Assembly (NCBI GenBank): GCA_035486795.1
Contig: DATHMS010000025.1
Span: 16 to 64,015 of the forward strand
Origin: Candidatus Sulfotelmatobacter sp.
GTDB lineage: Bacteria; Acidobacteriota; Terriglobia; Terriglobales; Acidobacteriaceae
Direction of reading: 5' to 3'
DNA length: 64,000 bases
Position 1 is the stretch's first letter. Every line of letters begins with the position of its first letter. The position numbers were made by a program, and so were the translations under genes. Positions 54,678 to 63,997 of the stretch are shown piece after piece. The notes below the pieces were generated by a model that saw only the letters and a list, made by a program, of their open reading frames with translations, was not told where the DNA came from and ran no database searches.

Positions 54678-55024
54678 TCCAGCGCGCCTTTTGCCCAAAC
54701 CCACACGTAACCGGCGATCAGGATCACCAGGAAAATCAGCATCTCCAGCAGTCCGAACAGGCCGAGAGCTTTGAACTTGACCGCCCAGGGAAACAAAAAG
54801 ATTGTTTCCACATCGAACACCACGAACAGGATCGCGACAATGTAGTAGCGAACGGTGTAGCGGCCGCGCGCGCTGTCGATGGGGTCAATGCCGCACTCGT
54901 AGGGCATCAGCTTGGTCTTGCTGGGATTGTCCGGACGCACCAGCTTCGCCGCCAGCAACGTGAGCGGAAGAAGGACGCCGATGACCGCCATAAAAATAAA
55001 GATAGGGACGTAGTTTTGCGGCAT
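54668..55024 (-). CDS. nuoA: NADH-quinone oxidoreductase subunit A
   Basis: ND3-type PYECGIDP and FDVETIFLFPWAV. Confidence 0.9.
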   Translation of the reverse strand: MPQNYVPIFIFMAVIGVLLPLTLLAAKLVRPDNPSKTKLMPYECGIDPIDSARGRYTVRYYIVAILFVVFDVETIFLFPWAVKFKALGLFGLLEMLIFLVILIAGYVWVWAKGALEWV

Positions 55025-55134
55025 AGTGTGCCTTGCGCATTACCGGGCAACGAGCCCACCCATAGTATCGCCGTCTGCACCTGGCTTCAAGGCTCTTGTA
55101 ACGGCACAGAACGGCAAGGCTCGCAATCCCTTAT

Positions 55135-55881
55135 TTACTGTTTTTCCCAGTGCGTTGAGTTGAACTGGTTGGGATCGAATGCGGCCGGGCTCAGTTTCAC
55201 GTTCGCCTGGATGTCTGAATAGTCTTCGCTGAAAACCATCTTGTCGTCGACGTGCACCTCAACCCGCGCGGCCACCCACCCCCCGCCGAATTTTCGATAA
55301 TCCGCAAAGCGAATGTCGTCCACTTTCTTGGGATCGTTTCGAGCCGGTTCCATCTCGCGAACAAATAGCAGAGTGTCCTTTTCTACCCAGAATTGCCTCG
55401 ACTGCAAATCCCCCTTGTCCGCGCCCACCACATAGACAGGGTGGCCCTCCCAGGTATCCTCGCGGAACTTCGTTAAGTCATAACCCTGCCCCTTCACCAC
55501 ATCGATCGTGGCCTGCGGCTCTTGACGATAGACGTCAAACCCCAGGACTAACAGCATGTTCACCCGCGGCCGCGTTCCAGTTACCTTGCCATCCTTGACG
55601 ATCGTCAAAGTCCCATCGACCATCACATAACCATTTCCATCGCTGGGCGGGCCAATGTCGATGCGCAACTTGCCCGGCAACAGCGCTGCCTCGTACCAGG
55701 TTTCAACTTTCGTGGTGCCGTCCGGGTTATAGGTCGTGCTCTTCTGATCGAAGGTGAGAGTGTCGTACCAGGAGGTTTTGTAGCGATCATGCATCGCCTT
55801 CAAAACCGCTTCGCCGTTTCGGATCTCTTGCGCATGCGCCAGCGTCAACGTGAGAAGAAATGGGACCAACAAGCGTTTCAT
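55135..55881 (-). CDS. secreted hypothetical protein (LolA-like fold suspected)
   Basis: Signal peptide MKRLLVPFLLTLTLAHAQE. All-beta-looking sequence with no catalytic motif. Confidence 0.55.
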   Translation of the reverse strand: MKRLLVPFLLTLTLAHAQEIRNGEAVLKAMHDRYKTSWYDTLTFDQKSTTYNPDGTTKVETWYEAALLPGKLRIDIGPPSDGNGYVMVDGTLTIVKDGKVTGTRPRVNMLLVLGFDVYRQEPQATIDVVKGQGYDLTKFREDTWEGHPVYVVGADKGDLQSRQFWVEKDTLLFVREMEPARNDPKKVDDIRFADYRKFGGGWVAARVEVHVDDKMVFSEDYSDIQANVKLSPAAFDPNQFNSTHWEKQ

Positions 55882-55998
55882 GGGCTTCCTTTGTGGTGTT
55901 ACGACCAGTTGTCTGTCGAGCGTCAGGTCGTGCGAGAAATCCTACGCTATCGAGAGCGATTGAGTCGACCCCAGGGAACCGGTAGGACGGCCAAATCC

Positions 55999-56466
55999 TC
56001 ATCGGTACTTATCAGGAAACAAGAACACGACGCGGGCGAGGTCTGATTTCAAAGTTGCTTCCTCATAGTAGCGGCCGAGGATGCCACCTTTCCAGATCAG
56101 TAGATCGGGGTTACGCTGCGCGAATTCTTCCCAATCCGCACACTCGAAGCGAGCCATGCGCTCGCGGATCAGGAAGAAATATGCGCAGGTGATGGTTTCG
56201 TTGTAGAGCTGCGTCTTCCCGCGGACGGCGGCGAATCGCTTTAGGGAGCTGGCAAACTTCTCCAGGGCCTGCAGCGCCGGATACTCGCACAGATAGGCAA
56301 ACGCCAGCCGGACGTGATCGGCATGGTGGAATGAGTTTTCGAGAACGGAGTCACTCTCGAAACGACGGATGAGTTCTTGATTGCGCATAGAATTTCGCGA
56401 CAGAGCAAGCCGGTGGAGCAGGCCTTCGATCGGGGCTTCGGCCCCGGAGGAACTATTTCTCCACAC
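55999..56466 (-). CDS. hypothetical alpha-helical protein
   Basis: FHHADHVRLAFAYLCEYP...YNETITCAYFFLIRERM. GTG start overlaps the upstream RHH gene by 14 nt; ATG 56388 is the alternative. Confidence 0.5.
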   Translation of the reverse strand: MWRNSSSGAEAPIEGLLHRLALSRNSMRNQELIRRFESDSVLENSFHHADHVRLAFAYLCEYPALQALEKFASSLKRFAAVRGKTQLYNETITCAYFFLIRERMARFECADWEEFAQRNPDLLIWKGGILGRYYEEATLKSDLARVVFLFPDKYR

Positions 56467-56755
56467 TTCGCTTCCGCACTGGTCTGGCCTTGATTTCTTT
56501 CAGTCGATGGCTGGCGCTCGAATCGAGGTCAAAATCGTAAAACCGCTTCAATTCCTGAATGCGTTCGAGCGAGGCCGTGCTGAACGGCGTCTTCCCGTCA
56601 AAAGCATGAAGAACAATGCCCTCCAGAAGATCGCCAAGGGTCATGTCGTGGTACTCGGCAAAGGCCTTCAGAACCTTGAGCAGGCGCTTCTCCATGCGCA
56701 CCCCCGTCTGCACCCGCTCCACCAGCAAGTTCGAATCGTCACTCATGCATACCAT
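56453..56755 (-). CDS. ribbon-helix-helix-like small protein
   Basis: VQTGVRMEKRLLKVLKAFAEYHDMTLGDLLEGIVLHAF fits a beta-strand-helix-helix (CopG/Arc-like) pattern. Alternative ATG at 56746. Confidence 0.5.
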   Translation of the reverse strand: MVCMSDDSNLLVERVQTGVRMEKRLLKVLKAFAEYHDMTLGDLLEGIVLHAFDGKTPFSTASLERIQELKRFYDFDLDSSASHRLKEIKARPVRKRSVEK

Positions 56756-56899
56756 TGTACCAACATATCAAGGTACTAGCCAACGGTTTCCGATCCGGCT
56801 GCGAAGGCACCCCTGCGGGCGCGGGTTGTTTATAATCGCGTTTCAACGTTTCATGAACCTCTGCGCCAGTAAGGCGCAATTCCCTGTCAAAGGACTCTC

Positions 56900-58444
56900 T
56901 TGGCATTCGACGAAAACATTTACGAACTCAGGCGCCAGAAGCTGAAACAGATCGAGGCGCTGGGCCAGATTGCATACCGCAGCAAGTACGATTTCACGCA
57001 CACGATTCCGCAGATTCTGGTGGAGTACTCAGACAAGTCTGCTGAGGAACTGGAAACGCCCCGGATCAACGTGCGCGTGGCTGGACGCATCATGGCGATC
57101 CGCCTCATGGGCAAGGCCGGCTTCTGCCATCTGCAGCAGGATGGAAAGCGGCTGCAGATTTATGTCAAGAAAGACGCGGTCGGCGACAAAGGTTTCGAGT
57201 TGTACAAACTGCTCGACCTGGGCGACCACATTGGCGTCAGCGGCTATTTGTTCCGCACCCGCACTGGCGAGCTGACGATTCATGTGGAGGAGATCACATT
57301 CCTCAGCAAAGATCTTCTGCCTCTACCCGAGAAGTTTCATGGACTTACTGACGTGGAACTGCGCTACAGGCAGCGCTATGTCGATCTGGTCATGAACCCT
57401 GAGGTGCGGGAAGTTTTTCTGAAGCGGAGCAAGCTGGTGCACTCGCTGCGGCACACGATGGAAGTGCATGGATTTGTCGAAGTGGAGACCCCGATGATGC
57501 AGCCCATTGCGGGCGGGGCAGTGGCGCGGCCGTTTGTCACGCACCACAACACGCTCGACATGGATTTGTACCTGCGCATCGCACCCGAACTGTACTTGAA
57601 ACGGCTGGTGGTGGGCGGGTTCGATCGCGTGTATGAAATCAACCGCAACTTCCGCAACGAAGGGCTGGGGTGGCGCTGGAATCCTGAGTTCACCATGCTG
57701 GAGTTCTACCAGGCGTACACCGACTATCAGGGCGTGATGAATTTGACTCAGGAGTTGATCACGCAGGCGGCGAGGGATGTGAGCGGGGGAACGAAAACGA
57801 AGTGGGGCGAGCAGGAAATCGACTGGGCGAACTGGAAGCGGCTCACCATGCGCGAGGCCATCATTCACTACTGGCCGGAGTCGGCCGGCGCGAAGCCTTT
57901 GATGAGTGACTTCGCTTCTCATGAGGGAGTGAAGACGCTGGTCGAGCGCTTCAACCAGGCGCACGCGCACATGGCGTACGACCCGAAAGAGCCTGTGGGC
58001 AAAACGATTGCAAGCTTATTTGACGCTGTAGCGGAAGAGCACCTCACACAGCCTACGATCATCTATGAGTTCCCTACCGCGGTGTCGCCATTGTCGAAGC
58101 AGAAGCCGGACGAGCCGGAGTGGACGGAGCGGTTCGAAATCTATGCAGGACAGATGGAGATTTCGAATGGGTTCAGCGAGCTTAACGATCCGGAAGATCA
58201 GCGGCGACGCTTTGAGGCGCAGCTGACGGAACGGGAGCGCGGCGACGATGAGGCGCACCAGATGGATGAAGACTACATCCGGGCGTTGTCGTACGGGATG
58301 CCTCCGGCGGGCGGGGTGGGCGTGGGTGTGGACCGGCTGTGCATGCTATTGACTGATTCGCACACCATCCGCGACGTGATTCTATTTCCGCTGCTGCGGC
58401 CGGAAAAAACCTCTAACACAGAGGCCACAGGGGACACAGGGTAG
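56900..58444 (+). CDS. lysS: lysine--tRNA ligase (class II)
   Basis: TTG start. OB-fold N-terminus, then class II motifs FRNEGL, NPEFTMLEFYQAY and GVGVGVDRLCMLL. Confidence 0.9.
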   Translation: MAFDENIYELRRQKLKQIEALGQIAYRSKYDFTHTIPQILVEYSDKSAEELETPRINVRVAGRIMAIRLMGKAGFCHLQQDGKRLQIYVKKDAVGDKGFELYKLLDLGDHIGVSGYLFRTRTGELTIHVEEITFLSKDLLPLPEKFHGLTDVELRYRQRYVDLVMNPEVREVFLKRSKLVHSLRHTMEVHGFVEVETPMMQPIAGGAVARPFVTHHNTLDMDLYLRIAPELYLKRLVVGGFDRVYEINRNFRNEGLGWRWNPEFTMLEFYQAYTDYQGVMNLTQELITQAARDVSGGTKTKWGEQEIDWANWKRLTMREAIIHYWPESAGAKPLMSDFASHEGVKTLVERFNQAHAHMAYDPKEPVGKTIASLFDAVAEEHLTQPTIIYEFPTAVSPLSKQKPDEPEWTERFEIYAGQMEISNGFSELNDPEDQRRRFEAQLTERERGDDEAHQMDEDYIRALSYGMPPAGGVGVGVDRLCMLLTDSHTIRDVILFPLLRPEKTSNTEATGDTG

Positions 58445-58486
58445 GACGCGGCCCTTCAGACTCCCTTATGGAGAAATGTTCCGGTG

Positions 58487-58515
58487 GGAACATTCGTGCT
58501 GAATGTTCCAGTTTT
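58487..58515 (+). terminator. rho-independent terminator of lysS
   Basis: GGAACATTC-gtgct-GAATGTTCC followed by AGTTTTGG, starting 42 nt after the stop. Confidence 0.6.
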
Positions 58516-58693
58516 GGCCTTTGTCATGGCAATTCTGTGCGTATCGTAGTGCATGGACGGTGCCTCCTAAATTGAAGAATCCAGAGGGGTTGGTGGCAGG
58601 TTCATCGGTGGCTCGAAAGGGAGCAAAACGGCCGGAATCTTCCGGTAAAATTGACGATATTGTACGTACAAATCCTGCGTCTGCACCAAAGCT

Positions 58694-59143
58694 TCATAAC
58701 GCGAACGACGTCTGCTGCGCGAAATACACGTGCCACATCCCGTTTTTCCAGACGTAGTAGTCGGCAAAATAAGACTTGTGGGGCTTGCCATCGATCAGCT
58801 TCTCTGAGGAGATTCCGTAAGCGACGGCCACGTCGCCGTGAATATGTACGGTAATCGGGGGCATATTGGGAGGCGTCACTGCCTTACCTTTATTCTTTTC
58901 CGCAAGCGCCAGCTCCTCACTGAGATGATTGATGCTTCCGTCGCTCATGATTTCGGTGAAGTCCGGTGTCAGGAGGCATGTTTCAAACTCGGTGTCGCCA
59001 CTCAGGTAGGCGAGCGTCCATGCACCTTCCAGTTTCTGAATGGTGGCGACGTCTTGCCGCTGATGGGCAAGCGCCGGACGATCGCAGCCGGCTCTGGAGT
59101 CAGCCGCGAAAAAGATAATGCAGATACAGAAAAGAAGCCGCAT
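58694..59143 (-). CDS. secreted SnoaL/NTF2-like (DUF4440-type) protein
   Basis: ATG 59143 (MRLLFCICIIFFAADSRA, signal peptide). KLEGAWTLAYLSGD...YYVWKNGMWHVYFAQ is a typical DUF4440 pattern. Confidence 0.6.
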   Translation of the reverse strand: MRLLFCICIIFFAADSRAGCDRPALAHQRQDVATIQKLEGAWTLAYLSGDTEFETCLLTPDFTEIMSDGSINHLSEELALAEKNKGKAVTPPNMPPITVHIHGDVAVAYGISSEKLIDGKPHKSYFADYYVWKNGMWHVYFAQQTSFAL

Positions 59144-59594
59144 TGTGCGGAACGTCGCACCGTACGTCGCGGGGAACGTCATGAGCACACCTTTCGGACT
59201 AGAGGTTGTTCGCCTCGGTGCAGTGACTTATTGCCGCAGTTGCTGGGAAGCATCAGATAAAGGTACTAAGTAGACGCAACAAAATCCAAAGTGGTATCAG
59301 CAGGCTGCTGAAAGCCCACTTATGTCAACGGAGAGCCTTACCGACTGGAAGCCCGGTGATCTCTGGCACTGGCTGCACGACTGAAGGCCTTACCCTTCCC
59401 GAAACTGTGTTTAAAAAGGAATTGTTCCGCAGCATGGTAACGAACGAAGGCTACAAGCGGCTTCAGAAACGCCAAAGCCACTCGTCCCTCACTCGGGATT
59501 TGTACTAGTTCGTCAAAATCTCATGACAGATGTGGGTAGCATACGCTTACCATCAGCCGGTTGGCTCGTCTTCAACAGAGCCGGAGGGACGCGA

Positions 59595-60974
59595 ATGAAA
59601 TCGCTCAGTTGCGCTTGGCGAATCGTATGTGTGCTTCTGTTTAGCGGTATTGGGTGCTGTCAAGACCTGTCTGACGGTCAAATTGCGAATCGTGTGGAGG
59701 CTTATCTCAAGCCCTTCGTTGAGACCGGAAACCTCACTGGTACCGTACTCATCGCTCGAAAGGGTCGGGTGTTGTTTCGCCACAGCTACGGCATGGCGAA
59801 TTACGAGTTGCGGGTTCCAAATTCGCCCGAGACTCGCTTTCATATCGCTTCAATCTCGAAGGCGTTTACGGCCGCGGCTATCCTCCAGTTACAGGAGCAG
59901 GGACGTCTCAGTGTTGCGGACCCTTTGTCACGTTTTGTTCCGGATTTCCCCAACGGCGACCGGATTACCCTGGATAACTTACTGACACATACCTCCGGCA
60001 TTCCCGACATCAACGATCTCTCTGACTACGACACGTTTGCCCGGAGCCCTCACACCATAGCGCAGTTGGTTGCCAAGTTCGCCAATTTACCACTGGAGTT
60101 CCAACCGGGGAGCAGCTACCAATACAGCAACTCCAACTACAATCTGCTGGCGCTTGTCTTGGAGAAAGTTACAGGCGAGAGCTACGGGGGGTACCTCCGC
60201 AAGCACATTCTTGATCCGCTCGGGATGCAGGATTCCGGGCACGATGGAGATGCCTCACAGCTCATTCCCTTGGCTGCCTCTGGGTACAAACCCGCCGGCA
60301 TCGCCGACTACGAAAAGGCGCCCTATCTCGACTGGTCAACCAAGACGGGAAACGGTTCTTTGTACTCGACGGTTGACGACCTCTACCGCTTCGACCGCAC
60401 GCTGAACACTGATGCCCTCTTGAAATCCGCCACCCGCCAGAAGTACTTCGTCGAGGGCTCCGGGAATCGCTACGGCTGGTACATCGGCAAGCGCATCGGG
60501 CATCGTGTGATGTCCGGCAAAGGTCGCAGTCCTGGCTTCGGGGCTGAACTGGACCGTTTTCCGGACGACGATGTCACGATCATTCTGCTCAGTAACAGTT
60601 ATTCCACCGTCTCGCAGGATCCGATCGCGGCAGGTCTTGGGGCGATTGTCTTTGGCCAACAACCATCCCCTCCAACTATGCACGCCACTGCGATGCCGCA
60701 ACCAACGCTCGCGTCTTGCGCGGGCACGTACCAGTACGGGCCAGAATACTTTGCGCCTAATGCGAAGTTCACTCTGACTGCCGAACCAGGCTACCTGCTC
60801 CTGGAATTGGGCGATCTTCGCACGCCGGTCGTTCCTGTCGCAGAAAATGACTTCCTGGAGCGAAATTTCTTCGGCCACGTCGTGATGTCGAAGGATGCGG
60901 GGGGCGCCGTCAACGGCCTAACGACCCGGTACGGGCAAAAAGAGTTTACTGCTCGCCGGCTGGAGGCCAAATAA
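59595..60974 (+). CDS. serine hydrolase, beta-lactamase/transpeptidase-like (class C-type)
   Basis: ATG 59595 after GGAGGGA, with a signal peptide. Has SxxK ASISKAF and YxN YSNSNY. Confidence 0.8.
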   Translation: MKSLSCAWRIVCVLLFSGIGCCQDLSDGQIANRVEAYLKPFVETGNLTGTVLIARKGRVLFRHSYGMANYELRVPNSPETRFHIASISKAFTAAAILQLQEQGRLSVADPLSRFVPDFPNGDRITLDNLLTHTSGIPDINDLSDYDTFARSPHTIAQLVAKFANLPLEFQPGSSYQYSNSNYNLLALVLEKVTGESYGGYLRKHILDPLGMQDSGHDGDASQLIPLAASGYKPAGIADYEKAPYLDWSTKTGNGSLYSTVDDLYRFDRTLNTDALLKSATRQKYFVEGSGNRYGWYIGKRIGHRVMSGKGRSPGFGAELDRFPDDDVTIILLSNSYSTVSQDPIAAGLGAIVFGQQPSPPTMHATAMPQPTLASCAGTYQYGPEYFAPNAKFTLTAEPGYLLLELGDLRTPVVPVAENDFLERNFFGHVVMSKDAGGAVNGLTTRYGQKEFTARRLEAK

Positions 60975-61204
60975 CGGAAGACAGCTCGAGCACCCTCGCC
61001 CCTCCGTTTTGCACGGTTCGTACAGGGTAGAGGGGGGTACTACCACGGAACACTCCTACTCGCAAAGCGAGACAATCCCCGGTTCATTTCTTACACTGTA
61101 AACATGCAGTACCCTCCCTCGGAGCTTCAGGTGCTTGAGGCTTTATCCACCTCTGTAGTACGACACCGTTATGCCCGGAATCGCGGCATGCAGGCGCATC
61201 GACA

Positions 61205-63997
61205 ATGAATTTCAAGACTCCGCAGCGTCAGAAGCTGACCTTTCCTGCAAGATTCAGGACGCTGCTGCTGACCGGGTTCGGGCTAGCGATCGGGTTTACG
61301 GCAGTGGCATTCGGACAGGGCTTTGGGAGGCCGGACGGTTCGGTTCCCGTGCCGATGGATTGGAGCTCAAAGCATGTTGTCTTCACCGCGGGGTTCACCG
61401 CGGAGCAGGCGGCGAAGATGTGGAACGAGCCACGGGCCTATGCAGAGTGGCTTCTGCATGGGAATGAGCCGCCAGGCTCAGGCCTGGAGCGGCGCCACTG
61501 GCGGCGCCCGTGGAGAAGGCGTTTAAGGCCCGGCATTGCGAGGGACTGGGCGGTTTCGCTGGGCGCCGGCGGCGTTGCTGAAGGCATGTTTCCCGCCAAG
61601 TACTCCTTCGATGTGACCGCGACGCCGAGCTGCACCGCCGATTTTGTAGTATTCCCGGTCAACGCGTCGACCGGGAACACGCGCGCCAATGTTACCGGCA
61701 CCTTCAGCGCCGAGCCGGCGGCCGGCAACACTACGGCCATCACGATAACTCCGAGCAGTGGGACCGCGGTCACACTGACCCTAACCTCATCGGCCACCAC
61801 GAACACTGGGCTGGACTTCGAAGTGAACAGCACGGTCGCTACGAATGCGACGAATCTGGCGGCGGCGATCAATCGAAATCTCAGCAGTACGGCTCTCGAC
61901 CGGATCGTGGCGGTTGCTTCGGGAGCTACGGTTACCGTGTACGCGCTGACGCCAGGAACCCGCGTGACGCTGACTGACGCCAACACGCTGACCAATTTCA
62001 GCTGGGGCACGGTTACTGCCGGGACGAACGGATCGCAAGCGAACATCGTCGGCTTGAATCATCTTTACAGCGGGTCGGGGACATCGTTGTGTAATCTCAC
62101 GAATCCGGAATTCATCTTTTCCTACGCCTCTGGGGTAGGACCAGTGGCTACCTCGCCCGGCCTCTCGGTCGGCGGCACAGAAGTCTCCTACGTGGAGAAT
62201 GACCCGAACATTGGAGCAATCCTGCACGTGCTGACGTTTGCGAGCGGCAGCACCGAATACGGAGCCAGCACCACCTGCGCCAGCAACAACAACGGCGGGG
62301 CGACGTTGCCGACCTGCGCGACCAACCCGGTGATCCCCGGAAGCACTTCGGGAAGCACGGCCACCGACTTCATGCTGCCTCTGGGCCTAGTCGCCGCGAA
62401 CGCAGCGACCGGTGTGGCTGGAGCGGCGGACAGCTTCTCATCTCCGTTCACAGACTATGCCAACGATACAACCTACGTCGGCGATAACAATGGCTACCTG
62501 TATGCCATCACCCCGACGTTTAAGGGAACGCCAGCGTATGCGGGGGGAAATTTTCCCGTGCACGTAAATGCCACCACTCCTGCGTCAGCCACCCCGACTG
62601 CAGTGACGGCAACCACAACGGTAGTGACGGTCACCGTGGCCAACTCGCTTAGCATCGGAGAGTTGGTCACCATCGCGGGCGTAACCGCCAACACGGGCAA
62701 TGGCTGCACGGCGGGTGACGTCGCTGCCATTAATGGAGTACAAATCCCTGCTTCGGCTAGCGCAACCCAGATCACCTTCGCCGCCACGATACCCAGCGCG
62801 ACTACTGGGTGCACTCTTACCGGCGCAACTGTTACCCAGGGATCTAACTTTCTCGCGGCCCCAGTGGTCGATGTGGGTGGTACGGGCAATATTTTGGTCG
62901 GCGACAGTAGCTCTAACTTGTACGAATTGACCCCGGCCGGAGCTACGGCGGCCACGGCGCTTGCTCTTGGCGTGAATGGGGCCACGAACCAAGGAGCCAT
63001 CAACGGCGGGATTCGCGATGCCGTCGTGCTGGACTCGACGAACGGGGTGGGATACGTGATAACCGCATGCAACCCCAACACCACCGGCGAGCAGGACACA
63101 GGAACGGAGGGCAACACCGCCCTTGTGCAATTCACGTTCGCCGGCAGCACGTTGACTGCAGATGTGTATGCGGGTCTCGACACTGGTGCAAATCAAAGCT
63201 GTTCGGTCGCAGGCTATCCAAACTACGCGCCCGCTCCGGACGAACGCTATTATGCATTGGGTATTGGTAGCGCCACGGCGGCGAACAACGGGGAGATCAT
63301 TGGCGCGACCTCCGGCACGGGCGGCCAACAGCTCAAAGAATTACAGTTCGTTAGTTCCGCTATGCAGGCAACGCCGCTAAACAGCGACAAGCCGCAAGTG
63401 GGCACCGACCCTTCGCCGCTCTCGCCGCTCACCGAGTTCTACAATCCGCTGGGCGTATTCACGGTGACCGGGGTCACGGCGTCGACCACCGTAGTCACGG
63501 TCACAGCGAACAACACTTTCGCTGTCAACGACCTGGTGACGCTCTCGGGTGTAGCTTCCAACGCCAATTGCGCAGCGGCAGACTTCCCTGCCATCACTGC
63601 CAGCATGCAAACGGTGGCTTCGGCGACCGCAACGAATTTCACGTTCAACGCCAATACCACGCTCACCCCGACTACCGGCACCGGATGCACTGTGACCGGA
63701 GCGACGGCTACGGGCGGGCCGGACTATATGTTCGTGGGAGTTGTTCAAAATCCAACGGAACTGTATTCGTTCCTTTTGCCTAACTCGCTTTTGGTTGCTT
63801 CAGGTGACGCTCCTACAATTCAGGCGAAGAACACCACCGATGTCGCGGGCGGGACTAGTGGCATCATCGTGGACAACGATTCAACGGCTGGGCAGGCGTC
63901 GAGCATCTACTTCGGCACTCTGGCGACCTCAAACTCGATTTGCGGAACCACCGCGGCGTACTGTGCGGTCAAGTTGACCCAATCCGCATTGCAGTAG
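61205..63997 (+). CDS. large secreted Thr/Ala/Gly-rich protein with internal repeats (adhesin-like)
   Basis: Signal peptide LLLTGFGLAIGFTAVAFGQ. 930 aa. Two Cys-pair modules of about 85 aa, and NGYLYAITP / SSNLYELTP propeller-like strands. Confidence 0.7.
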   Translation: MNFKTPQRQKLTFPARFRTLLLTGFGLAIGFTAVAFGQGFGRPDGSVPVPMDWSSKHVVFTAGFTAEQAAKMWNEPRAYAEWLLHGNEPPGSGLERRHWRRPWRRRLRPGIARDWAVSLGAGGVAEGMFPAKYSFDVTATPSCTADFVVFPVNASTGNTRANVTGTFSAEPAAGNTTAITITPSSGTAVTLTLTSSATTNTGLDFEVNSTVATNATNLAAAINRNLSSTALDRIVAVASGATVTVYALTPGTRVTLTDANTLTNFSWGTVTAGTNGSQANIVGLNHLYSGSGTSLCNLTNPEFIFSYASGVGPVATSPGLSVGGTEVSYVENDPNIGAILHVLTFASGSTEYGASTTCASNNNGGATLPTCATNPVIPGSTSGSTATDFMLPLGLVAANAATGVAGAADSFSSPFTDYANDTTYVGDNNGYLYAITPTFKGTPAYAGGNFPVHVNATTPASATPTAVTATTTVVTVTVANSLSIGELVTIAGVTANTGNGCTAGDVAAINGVQIPASASATQITFAATIPSATTGCTLTGATVTQGSNFLAAPVVDVGGTGNILVGDSSSNLYELTPAGATAATALALGVNGATNQGAINGGIRDAVVLDSTNGVGYVITACNPNTTGEQDTGTEGNTALVQFTFAGSTLTADVYAGLDTGANQSCSVAGYPNYAPAPDERYYALGIGSATAANNGEIIGATSGTGGQQLKELQFVSSAMQATPLNSDKPQVGTDPSPLSPLTEFYNPLGVFTVTGVTASTTVVTVTANNTFAVNDLVTLSGVASNANCAAADFPAITASMQTVASATATNFTFNANTTLTPTTGTGCTVTGATATGGPDYMFVGVVQNPTELYSFLLPNSLLVASGDAPTIQAKNTTDVAGGTSGIIVDNDSTAGQASSIYFGTLATSNSICGTTAAYCAVKLTQSALQ

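Noticed and set aside
58445-61204. Slightly AT-richer patch (DUF4440-like gene, beta-lactamase-like gene, long spacers) as a genomic island.
   Set aside because: There are no integrase, tRNA, direct repeats or other mobility genes. The lower GC is mostly in intergenic DNA, and I did not compute composition statistics.
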